NCBI GenBank assembly: GCA_004293935.1
Contig: RDZH01000013.1
Location: 66,283-130,282 of the forward strand
DNA length: 64,000 nucleotides
Source: Alphaproteobacteria bacterium
GTDB taxonomy: Bacteria > Pseudomonadota > Alphaproteobacteria > Rickettsiales > UBA998
Direction of reading: 5' to 3'
Shown: piece after piece, positions 17,799 through 25,364 of the stretch
How the letters are laid out: each line of letters starts with the position of its first letter
How positions within the stretch are numbered: the stretch's first letter is position 1
The notes under the pieces: model-generated
The model's input: only the letters and a program-made list of their open reading frames with translations
The model's database searches: none
What the model was told of the DNA's origin: nothing
Made by a program: the position numbers and the translations under genes

Positions 17799-19797
17799 TC
17801 CTTTGGATGAAATAGCGCATCTGATGCGTCAAGGCGTGCCACCTGCCCATGATGTGCAGGCAGAAGAACGCGCTATTGCTGCCGCGATGCAACGATTTTC
17901 ACAAAAAAATGCATCACGCGCCCAAGGAAATGCATTTTGGCTTCGTCTTATGAATGCAGCACACACTGTGTTGCATAACAATCAAGGAGCTTTTATGAAA
18001 AAATCGTATAAAGTAGCAGGCGGATTATGCGCGGCTACGCTTATTATTGCACTACTCAATTCCACGATGCTGCACCAAGAAGTGCAATCCACCATGGTTG
18101 CCTCTGCACCAAACCCAATCAGTGCGCCTCTGACGGAAGCAATGCCTGATCTTCCACCTGCACCTGCGCCTGCCCAAGACGCTTCGATGGAGGGTATTCT
18201 CACGCAATTAGAGCCATCTGCAATGGGTGCTTCTAATGCTCCACAAGCGATAAAACCACAAGATCTTGCTAAAATAAGTCCGAGCGCAAAACGTCCGAAA
18301 GCGTTCGCAGCACCTATGCAAAAACATAACCGTGCAGATTATGCTATGCCATATGTGCATCATGAAGGGCGCGATCAGTTCCCCTCAGCAGCGGAACATC
18401 CGCTTACATTAGTCAAGGAAGAAGCTGTGTCAACCTTTTCTGTTGATGTGGATACGGCATCCTACGCATTCTTGCGGGCATCATTGAATAATCATAGCAT
18501 CCCCCCGAAAGATGCGGTGCGTATTGAAGAAATGATCAATTATTTCCCCTATGATTATGCGCCACCTAAGGATAAACAAGAACCTTTTGCGCCGACAGTG
18601 AGCATTATGCCCACACCGTGGAATAAGGAGACGAAATTGCTCCATATTGGCATTAAGGGCTATGAGATCGTACCCGAACATAAACCGCGTAGCAATCTTG
18701 TTTTTTTGATTGATACTTCGGGGTCAATGGATGAACCGAATAAATTGCCGTTGCTAAAAAACTCCATGAAATTATTGTTGCAAAGTCTAGAGCCTGAAGA
18801 TAGCGTGGCGATTGTCACCTATGCAGGTAGTGCAGGCATTGCGCTTGAGCCAACCAAGGTGCGTGAAAAACAGGTGATTATAAACGCGATAGAGCATTGC
18901 TATGCAGGGGGGGGTACGGCAGGTGCGGAGGGGATCAAGCAAGCCTATGCCCTAGCAGAGCGTCATTTTGATAAGGATGGCATTAATCGTATTATTCTTG
19001 CCACGGATGGTGATTTTAATGTGGGTATCGCTGATCCTGAGGCGTTAAAAGACTATGTTGCCAAGAAACGCACGCAAGGCATATTTTTGTCTGTGTTAGG
19101 TTTTGGGCAGGGGAATTATCATGATACGATGATGCAAAGCCTCGCCCAAAATGGTAATGGCAATGCTGCCTATATTGACCGTCTTAATGAGGCGCGCAAA
19201 GTGCTTGTGGATGAAGCAAGTAGCACTTTATACACCATCGCTAAGGATGTGAAAATTCAAGTAGAATTTAATCCGCAGCGTGTCGAAGAATATCGTTTGA
19301 TCGGCTATGAAACACGCGCATTGCGCCGTGAAGATTTTAACAATGATGCCGTGGATGCAGGAGAAATTGGCGCAGGGCATAGCGTGACGGCACTCTATGA
19401 AATCACGCCAACGGAGAGCAAAGCGCGTTTGATTGATGCACCGCGTTATGGCGCGCCTTCGGATGCTCAGCCTTCAGGCGCAGACCATGCCACAGATCAT
19501 GCCAATGAATATGGCTTTTTGAAAATTCGCTATAAGCTACCGAAGCAGGATACAAGCCGTTTGATGAGTACGCCCATTACCCACCACAAAGAAGTGAAGG
19601 ATAGTCAAGATGCATCCAATGACGCACGTTTTGCCGCCGCAGTCGCTGCCTTTGGGCAATTAATGCGTGGCTCAACGATGATGAACGGTTTTAGCTATGC
19701 GGATGTGATAGCATTAGCACAACAAGCGAAAGGGCGTGATCCGTTTGGCTATCGTGCTGAATTTATTGAGTTGGTGCGGTTGGCGCAGTTGCTATAA
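17791..19797 (+). CDS. Anti-sigma-like N-terminus plus TM, fused to a YfbK-like von Willebrand factor A domain protein
   Basis: 668 aa. The start overlaps the sigma stop (ATGCATGA). There is one TM (AGGLCAATLIIALLNSTML) and a Pro/Ala linker. The vWA MIDAS motif is FLIDTSGSM, followed by ILATDGDFNVG, and the long C-terminal domain is as in the YfbK family. Confidence 0.8.
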   Translation: MHDPLDEIAHLMRQGVPPAHDVQAEERAIAAAMQRFSQKNASRAQGNAFWLRLMNAAHTVLHNNQGAFMKKSYKVAGGLCAATLIIALLNSTMLHQEVQSTMVASAPNPISAPLTEAMPDLPPAPAPAQDASMEGILTQLEPSAMGASNAPQAIKPQDLAKISPSAKRPKAFAAPMQKHNRADYAMPYVHHEGRDQFPSAAEHPLTLVKEEAVSTFSVDVDTASYAFLRASLNNHSIPPKDAVRIEEMINYFPYDYAPPKDKQEPFAPTVSIMPTPWNKETKLLHIGIKGYEIVPEHKPRSNLVFLIDTSGSMDEPNKLPLLKNSMKLLLQSLEPEDSVAIVTYAGSAGIALEPTKVREKQVIINAIEHCYAGGGTAGAEGIKQAYALAERHFDKDGINRIILATDGDFNVGIADPEALKDYVAKKRTQGIFLSVLGFGQGNYHDTMMQSLAQNGNGNAAYIDRLNEARKVLVDEASSTLYTIAKDVKIQVEFNPQRVEEYRLIGYETRALRREDFNNDAVDAGEIGAGHSVTALYEITPTESKARLIDAPRYGAPSDAQPSGADHATDHANEYGFLKIRYKLPKQDTSRLMSTPITHHKEVKDSQDASNDARFAAAVAAFGQLMRGSTMMNGFSYADVIALAQQAKGRDPFGYRAEFIELVRLAQLL

Positions 19798-20604
19798 TGT
19801 TTTGACTTTCTGCCAGCGTGCTTCTTGTTGCGCAAGTGATTCATTCGCAAGGCTTGTACCTTCACTGTGTGCCATGGCTTCCATGGCACGAAAGCGTTGC
19901 TCGAATTTATGATTGGCAGCGTGCAGCGCATCATCAGGGGCGCATCCCATATGGCGGGCAAGATTGACCAAGACAAACAACAGATCGCCCAATTCTTCAT
20001 GGGTGTGCGCGTGGTTGCCCGAAATGTGCGCTTCGTGAAGTTCTGCTAGTTCTTCGTGCAGTTTCTCCCATATAGGGGTGATAGTTGCCCAATCAAACCC
20101 TACGTGTGCTGCACGTTTTTGGAGCTTGTGCGCCCGTACCAAAGCAGGAAGATTCCGTGGCACATCATCCATCAAGGAGCTATGCCCTGCATTACGGCGT
20201 TCTTGTGCTTTGTGCGCTTCCCATGCCTGCGCTTGTGATTCTGCATCACGCATGGCATCTGATCCGAACACATGCGGATGACGGCGGATCATTTTCTGTA
20301 TAATGCCGTGCACCACATCATCCAGCGTGAAACTGCCTTCTTCCTCTGCCATTTGGCTATGGAACATGACTTGCAGCAATAAATCCCCCAACTCGGCACA
20401 TAAGGCACTGCGATCCCCGCGAAGGATGGCATCTTGCACCTCATAGGCTTCTTCAATCGTATAGGGGGCAATGGTAGCAAATGTCTGCTGCACATCCCAC
20501 GCGCAACCCTGCACAGGATCACGCAAGGTGCGCATGATGTCACGTAATTGATCGAATAAAGGGAGTTCTGACTGGGGAAGGGATGCGTTCATGAGGGAGA
20601 ACAT
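19792..20604 (-). CDS. mazG: Nucleoside triphosphate pyrophosphohydrolase MazG
   Basis: 270 aa with two MazG repeats containing EEAYEV/ELGDLL-type motifs. Confidence 0.92.
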   Translation of the reverse strand: MFSLMNASLPQSELPLFDQLRDIMRTLRDPVQGCAWDVQQTFATIAPYTIEEAYEVQDAILRGDRSALCAELGDLLLQVMFHSQMAEEEGSFTLDDVVHGIIQKMIRRHPHVFGSDAMRDAESQAQAWEAHKAQERRNAGHSSLMDDVPRNLPALVRAHKLQKRAAHVGFDWATITPIWEKLHEELAELHEAHISGNHAHTHEELGDLLFVLVNLARHMGCAPDDALHAANHKFEQRFRAMEAMAHSEGTSLANESLAQQEARWQKVKTL

Positions 20605-20690
20605 AGCAGATTCAAATTAGGCTGACACTAGGAAACTGAGGTGAGGAGAGCGTAAGCGTATATAGAAGTACGTGCGCATCGACGAATCTG

Positions 20691-20736
20691 AAAGTTGACG
20701 ACGTGTCAAGGCAATTTCAATCTGCTACCGTAGCTT
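20691..20736 (+). repeat. Module D repeat, copy D2
   Basis: Reads aaagttgacgacgtgtcaaggcaatttcaatctgctaccgtagctt. It is preceded by the ATAGAAGTAC core at 20662-20671. Confidence 0.55.
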
Positions 20737-20792
20737 AAAGCGATTGCGTATGCCCAGACCAAGGAGGATAGGAGGCTTCTTCCGTAATCCAC

Positions 20793-21683
20793 TCATTGGC
20801 TCAAATATTTTAGCCAATTTTTAATTTTATCAGGCAATATTTCTGGGTGTTTTACACAGAAATCGATTAAGTCTTCAGGAGAGATTGTTTTAATTTTGTC
20901 AGACTGTGTAGGGATATTTCCAGATAAAGAAAATAGAAAAACTTCATCTGCAGTTTCCTTCAATCTTTCATCTAAAGGCACATAGCCTTGTTTTACTTGC
21001 GCAATAGCGGTTTTCCCGTTACTCTTATGCTTAAGAATATATTCATAAGCTATGGTATCATTGCGCTTGCATGAAGAAGCTATTAGCATATAGTCATAGT
21101 GAAACTGTACATACAACCCGACTAAATCTTCGCAGTCATGAGAGCCAATCATTTTGAAAAGACTTCCCAAATCTATGTGAGGTTTGTCGGTTAGAGGTGT
21201 GTCCGTTCCATTATTCACATAGAGCCAGCTTGAAAATCTTTCTACATCATCGTCTGGTATCGCTTGAAAAGCCCTAGAAGCTCTAAAACATGCTATCACT
21301 TTTCCCGGTACATGTTCTTCATTCCCAATCTTCTTCCATGCGCAAGGAATTTGATTTGGTATATCTAATTGATGCGCTTCTTCTGTGAATTGATAATTCC
21401 ATTCACCCGTTACTTTTCCAAGATAATAGATGCCATTTTTGTCGCGGGTCCATATATGATCACCGCTTTTGGGCTTGTGTGCGAAAGCTATTGATGCGGG
21501 AGAGCCTTTATGCTTAGCCTTAGCTAAGCTAATGTAATGGTCTAAATTTTTGGGTTGTTCATCAACAGCCCAACCAATGCCTGCAATATTGTTAGTCATG
21601 CAGTATTTAATCACATCATCATGTGTTTTTCCGTCCTTCGGACGAGGTTTAATATGTAAGCGCCATAGCATAGTTGATACCAT
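20793..21683 (-). CDS. Orphan two-domain protein: unknown N-terminal domain plus a Mrr/PD-(D/E)xK-like nuclease core
   Basis: 296 aa in a visibly AT-richer stretch. The C-terminal half reads CEDLVGLYVQ...NDTIAYEYILKHKSNGKTAIAQVKQG...EVFLFSLSG. This follows the E..LV / D / E / QxK order of Mrr-type restriction nuclease cores. Confidence 0.6.
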   Translation of the reverse strand: MVSTMLWRLHIKPRPKDGKTHDDVIKYCMTNNIAGIGWAVDEQPKNLDHYISLAKAKHKGSPASIAFAHKPKSGDHIWTRDKNGIYYLGKVTGEWNYQFTEEAHQLDIPNQIPCAWKKIGNEEHVPGKVIACFRASRAFQAIPDDDVERFSSWLYVNNGTDTPLTDKPHIDLGSLFKMIGSHDCEDLVGLYVQFHYDYMLIASSCKRNDTIAYEYILKHKSNGKTAIAQVKQGYVPLDERLKETADEVFLFSLSGNIPTQSDKIKTISPEDLIDFCVKHPEILPDKIKNWLKYLSQ

Positions 21684-21766
21684 TCTTCAAAAAGACTGGA
21701 TTATGTAGCTAACAGATTCTAGACTGAAAGTCTAGTCTAGATTTAATAGAAAGATGGCCGCTCTCT

Positions 21767-22954
21767 TCACACACCCACCCCAAACTTCTTGGCTTTGCCA
21801 TCCAGAAAGCCGCCTAATACATTCATGATATGTGTATCTTCCATCAAAAACGCATCATGCCCATAGGGGGAATCAATTTCCGCAAAACTCACATCTGCCC
21901 CTTGCGCATTGAGGGCGCGCACAATATGGCGGGTCTCCATGGTGGGATAGAGCCAATCAGTGGTGAAAGAAAGCAAGCAGAAGGATACAGGCGTGTGCGC
22001 AAAAGCAAGCGAGAGCGCGCCATCATGCGGCTGCGCAAGGTCAAAATAATCGGCTGCTTTTGTCACATAAAGATAGGAGTTCGGATCAAAGCGTTCGACA
22101 AAACTCACCCCTTGATGCCGTAGATAGCTTTCCACTTGAAAATTAGCATCAAAAGAGAAATCCAGAACGTCACCATGTTGCAGCATACGTCCGAATTTAT
22201 GCTGCAAGGCGTTTTCGGATAGGTAGGTGACGTGCGCCGTCATCCGTGCGATGGATAAGCCTTTCACAGGGAACGTCCCCGCATCATGATATGCCCCGTC
22301 TTGCCAATCGGGGTCTGCCATAATGGCTTGCCGTCCGATCTCATGATAGGCGATATTTTGTGCATTATGCCGTGCTGCTGTTGCCATGGGAATCACGCAG
22401 CGTACCATGTTAGGGAAATCCACCGCCCATTGCAGCACCTGCATCCCTCCGACTGAACCGCCAATCACTGCAAAAAGTTGAGTGATCCCAAAGCTCTCAA
22501 TGAGGCGTTGCTGCACTGCTACCATATCACGGATGGTGACAACAGGGAAGTTGAGACCCAACACATTGCCTTCGGCATCATGGTGTTTTGGACCATACGT
22601 CCCCATGCAGCCACCCAAGACATTGGAACAGATGACGAAAAAGCGATCCGTATCAATCGGCTTGCCTGATCCGACCATAAAGTTCCACCATCCCGCTTTG
22701 CCCGTGACGGGATTGCCTGAAGCAACATACTGATCCCCCGTGAGGGCGTGGCAGATGAGAATGGCGTTATCCTTTGCCTCGTTCAGTGTACCATAAGTTT
22801 GATAGGCAACGGGAATATCGGCAATATCCTTCCCGCAACTTAAACGCAATGGACGATCCTGTGCCACGGTGCGTATTTTTCCCACCAACACCTGACGGCG
22901 TGATGCCCCAAAACTCATCATGTGCATATCATTCATAGAGGATAGAGAAAACAT
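21767..22954 (-). CDS. metX: Homoserine O-acetyltransferase
   Basis: 395 aa with an alpha/beta hydrolase fold. It has ILICHALTGD and the nucleophile elbow GGSVGGMQ. The exact start is uncertain. Confidence 0.92.
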   Translation of the reverse strand: MFSLSSMNDMHMMSFGASRRQVLVGKIRTVAQDRPLRLSCGKDIADIPVAYQTYGTLNEAKDNAILICHALTGDQYVASGNPVTGKAGWWNFMVGSGKPIDTDRFFVICSNVLGGCMGTYGPKHHDAEGNVLGLNFPVVTIRDMVAVQQRLIESFGITQLFAVIGGSVGGMQVLQWAVDFPNMVRCVIPMATAARHNAQNIAYHEIGRQAIMADPDWQDGAYHDAGTFPVKGLSIARMTAHVTYLSENALQHKFGRMLQHGDVLDFSFDANFQVESYLRHQGVSFVERFDPNSYLYVTKAADYFDLAQPHDGALSLAFAHTPVSFCLLSFTTDWLYPTMETRHIVRALNAQGADVSFAEIDSPYGHDAFLMEDTHIMNVLGGFLDGKAKKFGVGV

Positions 22955-22955
22955 G

Positions 22956-23468
22956 TTAGGGGGTTTCTGGCGCGTGCGGCATATCCTTGGGACGCAAGCT
23001 GTGCATCAACTCATGCAATACACCATGCACAAAGCCAATATCGGGATCATCTAAGAACACATCAGCAACACCAACATACTGATCAATAATAATAATAGGG
23101 CGCAAGGCAGGGGTGTAGAGTGCTTCATAGAGGGCGCAGAGTAATAGAGCGCGCATGACTAAGGGCATACGTGTTCCTGTCCAGCGTTCGCCTAATGATT
23201 CTGAAAGACGGGCATTGAGTGCTTTGTGCATTTCAGATGTGCCAAGCACAATCCCTTGTAAGAGTTTTTTATCAGGTGTTTTAGGAAGCCACGCATCTTC
23301 ACCTTTTTGTTCGAGCTGTAATGCAATCAGTGTCGGAAGCGGGGTTGTGGCATCCATCAATGATGCATAGATGCACTGCACGGCAGCAATACGCGACATA
23401 TGCTTTTTAACCAATGAACTATTATAGGGCTGCTGGGGAGCGGTGGGGGATTCTGATGTCATGAACAT
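22956..23468 (-). CDS. nusB: Transcription antitermination factor NusB (start taken at ATG 23468)
   Basis: It carries the RIAAVQCIYA motif and the NusB fold pattern. The ORF-track start (TTG at 23531) lies inside the rpmB terminator hairpin loop, so it is probably spurious. Confidence 0.85.
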   Translation of the reverse strand: MFMTSESPTAPQQPYNSSLVKKHMSRIAAVQCIYASLMDATTPLPTLIALQLEQKGEDAWLPKTPDKKLLQGIVLGTSEMHKALNARLSESLGERWTGTRMPLVMRALLLCALYEALYTPALRPIIIIDQYVGVADVFLDDPDIGFVHGVLHELMHSLRPKDMPHAPETP

Positions 23469-23499
23469 TATCAAAGGGGAACGTGATGTAGCAACATTA

Positions 23500-23542
23500 T
23501 AAACAAAAAGAACAAGTCGTCTTTCTTTCAAAAGACGACTTG
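23500..23542 (-). terminator. Rho-independent terminator downstream of rpmB
   Basis: Perfect 12-bp stem of caagtcgtcttt (23513-23524) with aaagacgacttg (23531-23542) and a 6-nt loop. On the minus strand it is followed by TTCTTTTTGTTT. Confidence 0.7.
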
Positions 23543-23558
23543 CCGACTATTATCTGTT

Positions 23559-23666
23559 TGAGAGTTTTGCATAACTCTCAATTCTTGTCATACCAGCGAA
23601 GGCTGGTATCCATAAGCTACTGTTGTTATTGGATTCCTGCCTATGCAGGAATGACGAATTTGTTGG
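23559..23666 (+). repeat. Family A palindromic repeat, copy A3
   Basis: Reads gagagttttgcataactctcaattcttgtcataccagcgaaggctggtatcc...ggattcctgcctatgcaggaatgacgaatttgttgg. Confidence 0.85.
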
Positions 23667-23668
23667 TT

Positions 23669-23959
23669 TTATGCGGTTGCAGTAACTTTACGTTTAATTT
23701 TGTTTTTCAACGTAATCGCGTCAGCCGTTAGTTTTAGGTTGGATGTGTTCAATAAGAATGAATCAATTCCACCATTATGCTCAATGGTACGCAGTGTGGA
23801 TACGGGTATTTTCAACGTAATGCGTTCACCGAGTGTTTCGCTGAGAACGCTGATTTTTTGCATGTTCGGGTCAAACCTACGGCGCGTCTTACGCTGAGAG
23901 TGTGACACATTATTTCCAAATTGAATAGACTTACCAGTCAAGGCGCAACGCTTAGCCAT
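23669..23959 (-). CDS. rpmB: 50S ribosomal protein L28
   Basis: 96 aa starting MAKRCALTGKSIQFGNNVSHSQRKTRRRF. Confidence 0.95.
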   Translation of the reverse strand: MAKRCALTGKSIQFGNNVSHSQRKTRRRFDPNMQKISVLSETLGERITLKIPVSTLRTIEHNGGIDSFLLNTSNLKLTADAITLKNKIKRKVTATA

Positions 23960-24029
23960 AGAAAACTCACTTAGTTATTTCACTTTTTTATCATAGCTTT
24001 TTAACCAATTTTTTGCGCTACGTCAAGGA

Positions 24030-25292
24030 CTATTTGCGTGCATGAAATAATCCCACTACTTCAAGATGGCTATTCCATACAAACTGATCCACGGGCGTGA
24101 GCGATGCAAGCTGATAGCCATGCTGAAGCAACAAAGAGGCATCACGAATGAAGGTGGCAGGATTGCACGAAATCATCGCAATACGCGCAATCGGTGCGTT
24201 GATTAGTTGTTTTATTTGAGGCAAAGCACCATTGCGCGGGGGATTAATCACCAATCCGTCACATGCAGGCATATCGGAGCTACGCAAAGGATGAGTGAAT
24301 AAATCACGGCATGAGACGGTCATCTTCTGTTCTAACCCATGGTGATGTATGGCATTATGCATCACCGCTACCATATCAGATGATCCCTCATAGGCAAAGA
24401 TATGCTGCATATGTGGCACGAGGGGGAAGCTGTATGTGCCACATCCTGCATACATATCCATCACCGTAGAACATCCCTGTAGATGATTTTGAATGAGTGA
24501 TGTCATGGCATATTGCGCCTGTTCGCTTGCTTGCAAAAACGCGCCAATCGGCAGGGCAACACGCACCGTGCCAAACATTACCGACACATCAGCATGTTGG
24601 TGGATTACCTCGTAGTCATGTGTGGCAATGCGTGCGATGGCATAGGCATCACCAAATTGTTGCAATAGGGTACGATCATGCGCGTGCAGGTCTTGGCGTA
24701 GATGCACCACCATATCAATCCCCTCATGCACCATAGTCAGGGCAATAGAGGAAATGGCACTAGGTTTTTTCATCGATTGTAAGCACGCTTTTAAGGGAGC
24801 AAGCATGGCACTTATCTGTGGCATACTCACGGGGCAGAGATCAATCGCCACCATCTCATGCGATTTTGCTTGTTGGTAGCCTAACGTCACTTGTCCTTTT
24901 TGCACCTGCACCGCCCATTGCACGCGACGACGTGACGCTGCCCCCACCTCAATGAGTGGGCGTAACAGATGCATGGGTTGCTGCAACTCATGCATCATAC
25001 GCTGTGCTATCTGTTCTTTGAACGCACGGTAGCTAGGAGGCGCAAGATGCTGCACGCTGCACCCACCACATCGTCCGAAATAGGCGCAAGGCGGGTCTTG
25101 TCGATTGTGTGACGGCGTGAGCAACTCCGTCATACGCGCACGCATGAGGGTTGCGTTTTTCTGCACAATTTCGGCGCGCACTACATCGCCTTCCATGGTA
25201 TAGGGAACATAGACGGGCAATCCATCGAGCCGCCCGACTCCATCGCCCAAAGGCGCGATATCGGTGATGGTGAGGGTGACAGATTGAGGCAT
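24030..25292 (-). CDS. RumA/RlmD-family 23S rRNA (uracil-C5)-methyltransferase
   Basis: 420 aa with an N-terminal TRAM-like domain, the Fe-S cysteine cluster CAYFGRCGGCSVQH, and the SAM motif DMYAGCGTYSF. Confidence 0.85.
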   Translation of the reverse strand: MPQSVTLTITDIAPLGDGVGRLDGLPVYVPYTMEGDVVRAEIVQKNATLMRARMTELLTPSHNRQDPPCAYFGRCGGCSVQHLAPPSYRAFKEQIAQRMMHELQQPMHLLRPLIEVGAASRRRVQWAVQVQKGQVTLGYQQAKSHEMVAIDLCPVSMPQISAMLAPLKACLQSMKKPSAISSIALTMVHEGIDMVVHLRQDLHAHDRTLLQQFGDAYAIARIATHDYEVIHQHADVSVMFGTVRVALPIGAFLQASEQAQYAMTSLIQNHLQGCSTVMDMYAGCGTYSFPLVPHMQHIFAYEGSSDMVAVMHNAIHHHGLEQKMTVSCRDLFTHPLRSSDMPACDGLVINPPRNGALPQIKQLINAPIARIAMISCNPATFIRDASLLLQHGYQLASLTPVDQFVWNSHLEVVGLFHARK

Positions 25293-25334
25293 GGTTGATC
25301 CTTATGCGGCAATGATGATGGTGCTTTGTTTATA

Positions 25335-25364
25335 GAGAGTTATGCAGAGGTCTCAAGCACTATA
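25335..25364 (+). repeat. Second copy of the tail module GAGAGTTATGCAGAGGTCTCAAGCACTATA
   Basis: It shares gttatgcagaggtctcaa with 8928-8945. It overlaps the glnE stop codon (25360-25362). Confidence 0.6.
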
